This document shows positions 50,268-61,300 of a stretch of DNA of 64,000 nt, piece by piece. The notes under the pieces were generated by a model that had not been told where the DNA came from, did no database searches, and was given only the letters and a program-made list of their open reading frames with translations. The position numbers and the translations under genes were made by a program. How positions within the stretch are numbered: position 1 is the first letter of the stretch; each line of letters starts with the position of its first letter. Source of the stretch: Podarcis melisellensis (taxonomy: Eukaryota); assembly GCA_964234715.1 (NCBI GenBank), contig OZ174275.1, one strand, 5' to 3'.

Positions 50268-51439
50268 AGAGTTGGTTAACTTTCCACTTGCTGGAACTCT
50301 GGTCTTGTCCTTTTCTTTGAAATGTGTGCCCTAATGCTTGGGACCTAATCTGTGACCACAAACTCGCCTACCTGAGGGAGGGAAACGGGGGACAGTCTTT
50401 TCCTCTGGCTAGGCTACTCAGTATCCACGCAGCTGTGGGGCTCTGTTAAAGACAGTGTGGCTGCGTGGTAATAGCTGGCCATTTGCGTTAGGTGGAACAA
50501 CGGGTCAGTAAAGAATCCCACAACATCTGGCTGTTTGCAGAATCAGTTTTCTGTGGGCCCCTCGATCATGCCGTGAGCTGAGTTTTACCTATGCAGAATG
50601 AGGGCGCAGCTCACCATGTGACCAGTAGAGTGTGCAGACAGCAAAGCACATAGTCACACTCGCCCCAACTTCTCCGAGTGGTGACGAATCCCAGGGAGAA
50701 TTGGCGAGCCTGGTTACATTACACATAAGCATCAGAACCTCTAGCGGAGGGTGGGGAGAAACTACAGTTACCAGCACCCCTTTCGGTCCGCTTCCTGCTT
50801 GCGCCATGGTGTCGTTGCGTAATTTTACGTCGCCGCCATCTCATGCCTGCTAAAAAGAACAGAGCTAGGAACTTAATAGAGTAGCTTGTCTCATTGACAG
50901 ATATGAGGAAGCTGGATGTACATTTTTTTTTGTCTCCAGCTGAAAGCGAGAGCTGCCCTTGGTAATTGACTGTGAGATTCAAGATTTCAGCGTAGTTATT
51001 TACTGAGAAGCAGAACCAGAAAGTATTCAGAGAGACAGCAGCTGATTCAGGCCTTACTTCGCGTGGAAATGAGTGCCCTGCCAGTGCTAGTACAGTCCAA
51101 TATTACAGAGGAGCATGGTTTTCAGCAGCCTTGCAATGTAGAGTCACTGAATGAAGGGTGGAAGCAGGGTTGGGGCTGCCTTAAATTTTCAGGCCAAAGT
51201 CCAATCAGGTTCATAGCGGTCAATGTTTCCCTTTTTTAAAGGGAAATTCCCTTATTCTGAATAGGATTCCTCGCAAGAAAAGGGAAAAGTTGACGTCTAT
51301 GATCGGGTTTCAGTATGAGTGGCACGTCAATTGGATTGTGCCCCTATCAGCTGCACTTCAGAAAAGTTGCGCACAGAAGCTCTGCGTTTACTAACTTGTA
51401 GGCAGAAGAGTTGCACTGTTAAATGTTAAAGCAAGTCTA

Positions 51440-52330
51440 AAATACCGGAAGTAGATCCCTGTATGTCACTCTACACAGTGAAGTCTATGCTACCTAGCGA
51501 GTAACTGTCTCGTTCTCGCCGCTAGGTGGATGTTGAAACAAAACTACCGTGACCATCATGCCCTGCGGCCACGGCAAGGGGGCGGGGACTAGGACACATG
51601 CGCAGAACGCTCTTTCCTTGTTGCTATGGGAGCCTACGGCAGGGCAGCTGCTGGGAAGAGGTAGAATCCGCGTTCTCTTTTGTTCCTCCGCTGCGACGGC
51701 GGCATTTTGGCACCTGTCGCGACTCTTTCCCGGCTGGGGTTTGCGCCGGCGGCGGCCCCTCGTTGCCATGGCGGCGTTGGCGTTGCCTCTCGCGTTCTAA
51801 AGATGCGCCGGGAGACGGCGAGGGAGGCAGCGAGGCCTCCTTCTGGGAGGATGTCGCGTCCGCAGATCATCCACAGCGGCCACTTCATGGTGTCGGAGCC
51901 CCACGCCGACCCGGACCCGGACCCCGAGGCGGCTCTGAGCCAGCCAGGCCAAGGCGCCCCGCCGAGCGCGGCGGAGCGAGCGAGAAGGGCCGGCTCCGCG
52001 CGGAAGGCCGCGGCAGGGAAGGCTGGTGACGGGGCCCAGCTGGCCTCCGCCGCCGCCGCTTACGACTTCGACACGGTGGACGAGGCCGCGTGCCTGTGCT
52101 ACCGCTACGGGCCTCGAAGCAGCGGAGCCCTCAGCATCGACCCTTCGCTCACGAAGCTCTTCGAATGCATGACGCTCGCCTACAGGTAAGGGCGGGGCGG
52201 GGCGGGCGGGGCAGCCCCCGAGCCAACGGGGGCAGCGGGAAGTGTGTGTCTGGGGGGAAGGGATAGAGAAGGGCCCGCCCGGAGGCTGCCTTTCTTGCCT
52301 CCGGCCCTTGCCTCTCGGGATGCATTCAGG
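51440..52330. promoter_or_regulatory. CpG island promoter of the Mondo-family gene (ETS CCGGAAGT 51445-51452; X-box-like GTTGCTATGGGAGC 51620-51633 and GTTGCCATGGCGGC 51762-51775; GC-box array at the start of intron 1)
   Basis: CpG-dense region over exon 1; motifs read directly from the sequence. Confidence 0.75.
51803..52185 (+). CDS. Mondo-like exon 1 (MCR1, MCR2/NES)
   Basis: ...MSRPQIIHSGHFMVSEPH...YDFDTVD...SIDPSLTKLFECMTLAY|gtaagg. Confidence 0.88.
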
Positions 52331-55300
52331 GAACCAGACTATGCCTTGGGAACTGCAGCACGACCAATTAGCCTGCCATTCATACGCAAGATATACTAGT
52401 ATGCATGCAGATAAACGATACTAATAAGAGAATCCAAATGCAGGTAACTTGGCATCGTTAAGTAAAAGCCTCGGATTCCTTGTAACTACAGACATAAAAG
52501 AAATTTTCACCCAAGGAGGCATTTCAAAGGCGCGGCTTGTCTTGTCTGCCATGCCAAGTTGAAATCTAAATGAGTGTATAAATCTAGATTTGTAGCTGCC
52601 AGTTAAGAAGTGCTCCCCTACAATCTTTCCTTCCACTTTAAGAACTTCCACTTATGAGAGGGAGGTTCTCACGCATCACGTGTGAGAACAGAGTAGTCAA
52701 GGAACGAAACTGACATTTTAGAGTCAGAAACGCATACATCTGTTGAAACCAACAAATCCAGTTTTGTAGTTAAAAAAAAGCAGGGGGCCTAGATATGACA
52801 TAGAGTTGTGCCTGGTTCTCCAGCATTCTACTACCACTTGCTTTCTGGCACAGTATTATTTATTTACTCACTCTGGTTGCAGTTCTACATACAAGGGATT
52901 AGAATCAATGAATAAGTCTCATTGAACTCCGTAGGAGTTACTTCTGAGAAAAGGTGCAGAGGATTGCACTGCTACTTATTTTACTGTATTTGCAAGGTGC
53001 CCAATAGCGTCTCTAGTGGCATATGGGAATATGTTCATATAAGCATAGCATAGAGGAGGGGAACTGACACTAACTTTAGTCTTCCCAGAAAATCATGTCA
53101 GAAAAGCACATTTTGCTGCTTAGACAGTGCTTCTGACCCATACATATTACTTTGGTTTTTATCTACCCCATTTTCAGTGTATCTCATACCCCAGTTGACT
53201 TGTTCATTAAGCTGTCAAGTCCTTTAATCTTTAATCAGCTCTCAGGTCAGACTCCTTTAATGTGTGGAAAGGAGAGAAAGTCTTAAATAATAGAAATTTC
53301 TATTTGACAGAGTGTAGTGGATAGATAGTTATCATGAGTATTAAAGTGAGAAATGGACCATGACCCAAGTTGTCCCTGCCAGATGCTAGAGACATAATAT
53401 CAAAAAGCTGTCTGGGTTATGTGGGATTAAATATCATAAAGTATATCCACTGTGGTAAAGGTCTGTTTTGTCCCCTTTCTGATAGTAGTGTTGCTAAAGC
53501 ATAAAAACTTGGCAAATTATATAAACAGGAAGTTTTCACAGGACATGTATTTCTTCCTGTGCTCCCTTTAGCTTCTTAATAGAATTTTAATGTGAACTCT
53601 TGTGTAGAATTTTAATGATTTATGTTAAGGAACTAATTGGCTTGTTTTGCACAATCTAGTTTTAATTATTGTTACCTGTGCTGTACTACGTTGAAAATTA
53701 ATACATGCCCTGAATTTTTTGAATTGGTTGCCCCCCGCCCCAACGTTTCTGTGAAGTAGGAAAGAAACTTGAGCAATGAAACAGGCTGCTTAGGGAGGTA
53801 ATGAAATTTGCTTCGTTGGAAACTTTCAAAGAAAGGCTGGGTGGGCAACTCTATGGAATGTTTTAGATTACTGTGCTTCAGGGCATAACTTGGACTAGAT
53901 TAGGGATCAAAAACTTGCAGTCTGCTCGCTGCATATGGCACCCAGAACACTTGATTGCTGGCTGTGTGCCTCTTAAAGTTTAGAAATTCTAGTGTTTCTT
54001 TTTTTAAAGTAACATTTGACATGATTGCATAGACCATTTTGGACATGTGATGGTAACTCACTTTTCTGGTTCTTGGTGCAAACAGCCTATCCTGCACTGG
54101 TCTTGACCTTTGGGATTTCTCCTAGTTGTAAAAATAATTAAGATAAAAAGTACCACACTGTTTTAACCAGTATCCCTTTCCCAGGAATGTCTGGCCTTGA
54201 TGTTAGCATATAGAGTTTTGAATTAAATAGCTGTAGTCCTTTCATATACAAGTTGTATTCCTCCCAGAGTTGCACATTCAGCAGTATGTTGCAGACTAGC
54301 TTCCCAACCAATATATTTGCTGCAAAATTACTGCTTCTGCCATTGAGATCATCTCCTTGTAAATATATATCTATGAAGCAGCTTTAAATCAAGAAAAAAA
54401 AGTGTCCCAGCATTGTCAGCAACCTAGTGAACTGGAATAGATCCGCAGACCTGGGTTTTTTGGGTCGGTTCTTTGACTTCCAGCATTATGACATTTCAGA
54501 CGTTGACTCGTTTAGGTATTTTCTAGTTAATCTCCCACAACATTATGAGATGTCATCTTGGACTAAGCAAAAGGACAAAGGTAGTATGAGGAGTTTGAAT
54601 GCCTGAAGAAATCCCGGCAACAGAGTCCTTTTTGACATTAACTTTGTCAAAAGCTCAGTTTACCATATACCTGAGCCCACTGGTTTCAGTGGCAGTGCAA
54701 GCCTCTGCCCCCAGCCAGTGAAATAGACATTACATTTTGCTCAGTAGTAACAGAGAATCATATATTGAATCTTTTTCACAGCTATGCATTAGAACTGTGA
54801 CTGATCTATCTGCCTGGGATTATTCATTATTCATTCTGTCTCAAGCAGGTGCAATTTTGAATAAGAAGCTGTTGTGGCAGAATAGCAAAGGGGCATGGGT
54901 TCTGAACAGTATCTTGTTTGTTCTTTTACACAACTGTTCAGTGAAACAGCTGCCATGTTTGAAATGTAATGGGGCAGAGTCCAATAGGGTGGCATGAGAG
55001 TGTGGTCCAATACGCTTAGTGTGAGGATTTTCATGTGGGATGTTTGTGCACCTTCAAGTGAACTTCTGAAGGGCAGAATATGAGTGTGTGTTGCTACTGA
55101 TTAAACAGGGTGTGTGGGTGGAATGCAAGCTGCCAGTGTCTGCCTGTATTCCTAAGGAGATGCTGGCTCATTATAATTTCTTCTCCTTCGTAAGAACATA
55201 CAGATGAGGCACAGTTTTACTTTAGCAGTGGAAGAAATAAACCATTGAATTAACCTTCCAAGATGTTTTTAATCATTTGGATTACTCAAGTCAATACTAT

Positions 55301-58300
55301 ATTTCTCTGTTGTAGAGATACACTCACTAACAAATTGGTTATTAATAGCAAAACACAAATCATTTAACTGGATGTGTTTTAAATTATGCTGCATTTCTTC
55401 AGAATAATTGAATTACCTTAGGTTTTGTCCAGGAAATAGTTGTCCAGCACTCACCGACTCTTCGTAGATGGGGTTCTGCAACAATAATGAATGGGGAAGA
55501 CCCCTTATAGTAAGGCTGGGAGTGGGGGTTATTTCCAGATCTGCCACCTAAAGCCAGGGCTATTTTTTCTTCTGTCATAATTGCCACATGGAATTCCACC
55601 CCAAGGCTGGTATCTATAGCGTACTTTTTAAAAGCAAGATTTTGTCCTTTGTTGAGGAGCTTCATCAGAAAAACAGGAAGGCAGTATACATAGAGAGCCA
55701 TGTAGTTCTGTGGGCAGAGCTTCTGTAATCAACACAGCTTCTTATCACCTCTATAATTATGTTCTACACTTATCAGCATATGCTACTTCTAACCTGTTCA
55801 TTTTTCTCCTTCTCCCACAGTTTGCTCTAAAAAGTTGAGGAGGAATCAACATCCAGTGAGAGGTTTAGAATAAAGCAGGCATATTGGGTCAGTCTGTGCA
55901 AAAGGTGAACATTTGTAGACATCTGAGTAGTTTATAGTTTTGAGTGCAGAATTTAGTTTTTTTGGCACAGATTAGTAATAAAGTGTGGCTATAGAATAGT
56001 CAAGCTTATTAAAGAGATGTTCCCGTTCAGTGTGTTTTGAGCTGCCTTCTTCTTCTTTGGGTGTTGCCTGGCCCTGTTTCCCCTTGAAAGCCAGATATAC
56101 TTGGTATTACAAGAGGGGTTTTTTTGGCTTTCTCATTTGTAGTGAGAAACTTGTCTCTCCCAAATGGAAAACCTTCAAAGGGCTGAAACTGCTACAGCGT
56201 GACAAGATTCGACTCAATAATGCCATCTGGAGGGCCTGGTATCTGCAGTGTAAGTAGCCTGGAAGAAGGTATTTAAAACACAACAACAAAAAACCCAACC
56301 ATATAAAAGGTGATCTGATCTGGGCAGATTAGGTGGGAAGCACCAAATTCTGTGTATAAATTCACAAAAAATGGGTTCTTCCTCCATCCCTACACGTGTT
56401 TTCCATGACTTCCTCAACCAAGGAGACTGTTTCACACAGAATTATGTATTGCAAGTTTGCAAAGCTTTATGCTAGCAAAAGTCACATATTAATTGCTTAT
56501 GGATTTAAAGCTCTTCAGCTCTACTGCCTTATTTAGTGGATGCTGAAATGGGAGCGACTGCCAGCCAGCCAGCAAGTATTTTCTCTGTTTGGTCCTGCTT
56601 GAAGCTGTGCTGCAGATTACAGCCCCTTTTCTGCTATTTCATTCTGGATGCAGATGTGGAGAAGCGGCAGAACCCAGTGTGCAGTTTTGTGACCCCACTA
56701 GAGTGCAGTGATGTAGATGTGCACCGCAAGCCTGAGGTGAGCAAAGGTTACTTGGGCCTTTCTTACTTAAGAACGTACAAAGAAGACAGATTACACATTT
56801 CTGTAAGTGACCCCTGGCTGCACCTTTATTTGGCAGGCTGTCATCATGGAAGGAAAGTACTGGAAACGCCAAATTGGGGTTGTCATCAGGGAATATCACA
56901 AATGGAGGTTGTTTTCCTATACCCAGGTAAGGGTCTTCTCCAGCAAGATGTGTTGTACTTCATATAGCTTCCCTTCACCCCTAGATGACATGTTCCACCC
57001 AAGCTCATACAGTCCTTTTTAGTGTCAACCAAGGAAATCAGGTAGCCAGTCCAGAAGCACCTTGGTACTCCATTGTAAGAAGGTGGATTTTCTAGATGCT
57101 TCTTGCCAGGCTATCATAGACTGGATCTGTTGGTTATGAGGTGATCTGGTACTAGACTGGCGAGGCTACATTTCTGTCTTACTCTGATGGGTGCCTTGGC
57201 CTATAGACTCATTTCCGCAGCTGCCAAAGGCTCTCATTCTCTTGCCCTCTCTCTCACTTCCACAAAGACACACACTGGTCACCCAGCTATCCCTGTGTGA
57301 TTATTGTGGTCCGCGATGGCTTTCTGAGGCCTCAAGTGTTCATTGTTGTTGTTGTTGTAGTAGTAGTAATAGTACATTATACCTAGCCCTTCCTCCCAAA
57401 TGTGTCCAGGGCAGCAATGAGCCAGATAGGATTTTATTTAGCCACCTATGGTTTTTCTCTAGCTAAGTATTGTAATTGTAGTACTTTCAGTGGCCTAATC
57501 CTAAACATTCTGTGCATTTTTTTATAGGCTTCAAAGAAGATGGATAAACCCGTCTATGGTTCAGCTCAGGTGCTATTTTAATGCCTTGTTCCTATACTGC
57601 ACCCTCCAGATTCCCCTTTCCCCATGGCAGAGGGTGGAATTAAAAACGCTTGGGGGTTGTCCGCAGCCATTCAGTATTCCAGCCCCTCATTTGAGTTTGC
57701 CTAAAGTTGGAGTTCACAGCTCTTTCTCTCCCATTCTGGACAGGAAGTAGCTGATGATGTTCCAAGGGCAGAGCTGAAAACGGATGGAACAGATGCATGC
57801 CCCATGGACCTTGACCCCTTGCATGACCTGGATGCACTTCTGGACACCTTCATTTCTAGCCGCAACCCTTATGGTGGCCCCAACCTCCGTGGCCTTGGTG
57901 AGAGGCCTTGCTTTGTGCTCATTCCATCTATCTCTGGATCTGTCCCTTTCTACCAAGAAACCCTTTAAGTTTTCTCCACTGTCCCCAGAGGCTAGTACAG
58001 ATGCCTCTAGAGGGTGGAGAGAGGTTTTGAAGTATCTCCATGTGAGAGCCAGTCCCTTGCTTGTGAACCAGAGAACAATTCTTTGCTATGGAACAAAGTA
58101 GCGAGCGAGTGATATTATTTCTCATTTTGTGTCTTCAGCTCACCAGGGAAATGCAGATATGATCCAGCCCACCCTGACCCAACTGCACCCCATCTTTGGG
58201 GAGGAGTTTATGGACTTGGACCCCATTCAAGGTAACAACAGAGGTTTATATGGCTGTACTTAGTGGTAAGGTGGCGCATCTCAAAGCTGAAAGACATCCT

Positions 58301-61300
58301 CTGAAGCACTTTGTATGGCTTCTTAAGACCACTCCAGACTGTGTTTAAATTATGTATCCATACTGTACACACTTGAAAGAATTCCGTTTGTTTATAAATG
58401 CTACTGAGTACATGCTGCTAGGATCTCCTGATCAGCTGCAATTCCCTGCAGTGCTTATCTGTAAAAGAGCCCTTGGATTCCTCAGAATTGCAGCTTGCAT
58501 ATTTACTAAACTCACTGTTAGGGAGAAAACTGAAAAGTGTGTCATTAAAGCCCAAAAATCAAATAGAAACATTTATTATTATTATTTTAAGCCCACAAGT
58601 TAATCACCAGTTTTGAAAGATTAACTTGTGACCTCAAGAGTAAATAACATCTGAGTCTGGGTCACCAAAGTGGGCTGAAAGCTGTCACTGGTGAGAGGAG
58701 ACTATTTCCAAACTGACATTGATGAAATTCTAGTTCACCCAAGGCCAGAGCAGAATGCTGCTGAGCAAACATGATACGTCCTGGTAAGGCTAGACATTAT
58801 TTAAATCAGTCAGCATGCACGTAAAAATCCTCTTTTGGGCGTCCAGTGCTCTAAGAGAAGACTCATTCTCCATATAATCACATGCATACTGTGCTTTATA
58901 TATTGTTTGTCCCCTATCCCATTTTCTGAATCAGCCAGGACAAATTCTTCAGAGCCACTGTTTATCCCCTTTTCACAGGAAGAATAAAGTAGGCAAATTA
59001 ATCTTGTATGAATTCTTAATTTGAAAAATCTTAAACTTACGAGTTGGTCATCTCAAAATTTCTACTTGCAAGTATAGCATCTACATATTGAGCCTATTTC
59101 AGTCTCATTTCTGCCACTCCGACACATAACTCTGAAATCAGCAGTCCCCACCTGCATATTGCTCCAGTTCTTGACTTGAGTTTCTCTACCAGTTGAGATA
59201 TCCTGGATTTTAGGTCTCATCTTTCTTCGAAACCACCAATTGATGTCTTCTTGTATGGTGGATGTGAATGAATGAATGTTTATTATTACGACCAAACAGC
59301 CAGCATGCTACCTGTATGGTGAAATCCTGATGATTCCTTGCTTTGTTGATTCAGACACACCAGCCAGTTATCTTCTGCCAGTTGCTCTTTATCTCCTCCC
59401 AGCCTTTTAAATATTTGCTTTCTTTTCACAGAATTCATCAATTCCTGTCGTTCTCAGCCCATGAACCAGGTAAGGAGAATAAATTTATCTGATAGCTTAC
59501 AAACTCCTTGGGCTTTTGCAGCCCCTGATGCTTACTGCAGATACTGGTCTGTGCTTGATTTTGATTTTGGAAAGGCAATAGCCTTTTTCAGCATTGGGGA
59601 AAAAAAATGAGCAGTGGGAGTTCCCCACTTGTATAATTTTCAGTGCAGCCATCTCCAGCCTGGACTCAGGAGTTGTGTTTGATTTGCACTCTCTTCTCCC
59701 CCCTCTTAGGCTCCTGCAGTAACGGATACTAGTGCTTTGAACCAGTGCAACTCAGATACACCTCTCATTGCCCCTGGGACCAAGGATCTCCCACCGCCTG
59801 GAGACTCTCTCAACCCCATTCCCATCTCACTGGATGTGGAGCCGCCTGTACCTTTGAATGGACAACAGACCTTCCTGCCATTCTTCCCCACCTCCCCACT
59901 GAGGATCAGCCCGCCGCCTGTCTCTCCCATCTTGCGCATGCAGCCTCAAACCACTTTGGTCTTCTCTGTCATCACGCACACAGGATCAGAAACAAATTCT
60001 CCGTCTGTATTTCGGGACACTTTTGCTGTGCCAGTCTCTGCTCCTCCACCCAAGGATGGGAAATGCAGACACCTGCAACGGATTGCTCCAGCACCCTCCT
60101 CTAGCCAGCAGCCAACCCTTCCCGGTGCTCCGCTCCCCTGCCTGCTTGCAACTGGTATGTCCCTGCAAGGACAGGCTCTCCGTAGGGGAAATTGAGGCAT
60201 TGCTGACCTAGACTACAATGCTTCTCTAGGTCCATTTGGAGTTTTAAGTCATACTGCAGAATTCTCCTTTCTTTTTGGTTGTTGTTTTCTGAAGCAAATC
60301 TCACCAGGATCAACTTTTGGAATCCCTAATTTAAACAACTGCATGCATTATTAGTGTTTATTTTGATATAATTATCTGAAGTTGGAGTTTAGCTTCATAC
60401 TTGGGAATCACTGGAAGCAAAAGCATTTTTCTGTACTGGAAAAATAAAATATGTGGTCCAGGGAGATAGTTTTTTGTGTTACTGCAGAATTTTAAAATTA
60501 TATACAGTGGTACCTCGATTTTCGAATGTAATCTGTTCCAGAAGACCGTTCGAGTTCTGAAACATTCGAAAACCGAAAACTCAGTATAGAAATTTTTTGA
60601 TGTGGTTTATTTATTGTTTATGACTTTTGTAATTATGTAAATCTTGTTATGCTGTAAGCCGCCTTGAGCATTGGAAAGGTGGCATACAAATTAAAAAAAT
60701 GATGAAGAATTGAGTATGGAAAACTCAATACAGAAGCCGCGTGGCATGTTCGACTTCTGAGGCATGTTTGAAAACCGAAGCATTTATTTTCGGGTTTCCG
60801 ACGTTCAAAAACTGAAATGTCTGTCAACGGAGACGTTCAAAAACCAAGGTACCACTGTATCTGACTTGAGCTGATAGGCATTACGTAACAGTGCCTGTAT
60901 CTCCTTCAGTGGATTTAGGGTTTAGCCTTGCAGAAATTGTGTGTCAAAACTATGTACTGACTAGTCTGTAGAATAGTAAAATGGTTAGTCCACAGGTATT
61001 GGAGACGGATTTAAGGTGGCATTCTTACTTGCAACTATACATATGTGTAAAGATGTCTGGGAGCTGCTGTTTGGAAAGGGAAAGAAAAAGTCCACTATGT
61101 CCAGATTCCTGCTTTGATCCCCTTCTTGCTTCTCTGGAGTGTAGTTCAGCTTTTTGTTTTGATGCAGCCAGCAGTTTGAACCAGGTAAATCAAGCAAAAC
61201 TGCAAATGTCAACATTCGTCCAAATGCTTCACAGTTAAACAGAAAACCTTCAACTCATTAGTAGAAGTGAAATGACAGCTCATTAACATAACTATGCATA

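Noticed and set aside
52666-52693. CACGTG in Mondo-like intron 1 as a possible autoregulatory ChoRE (ChREBP-beta-like)
   Set aside because: There is no second E-box half at the required 5-bp spacing on either side; it is a lone E-box.
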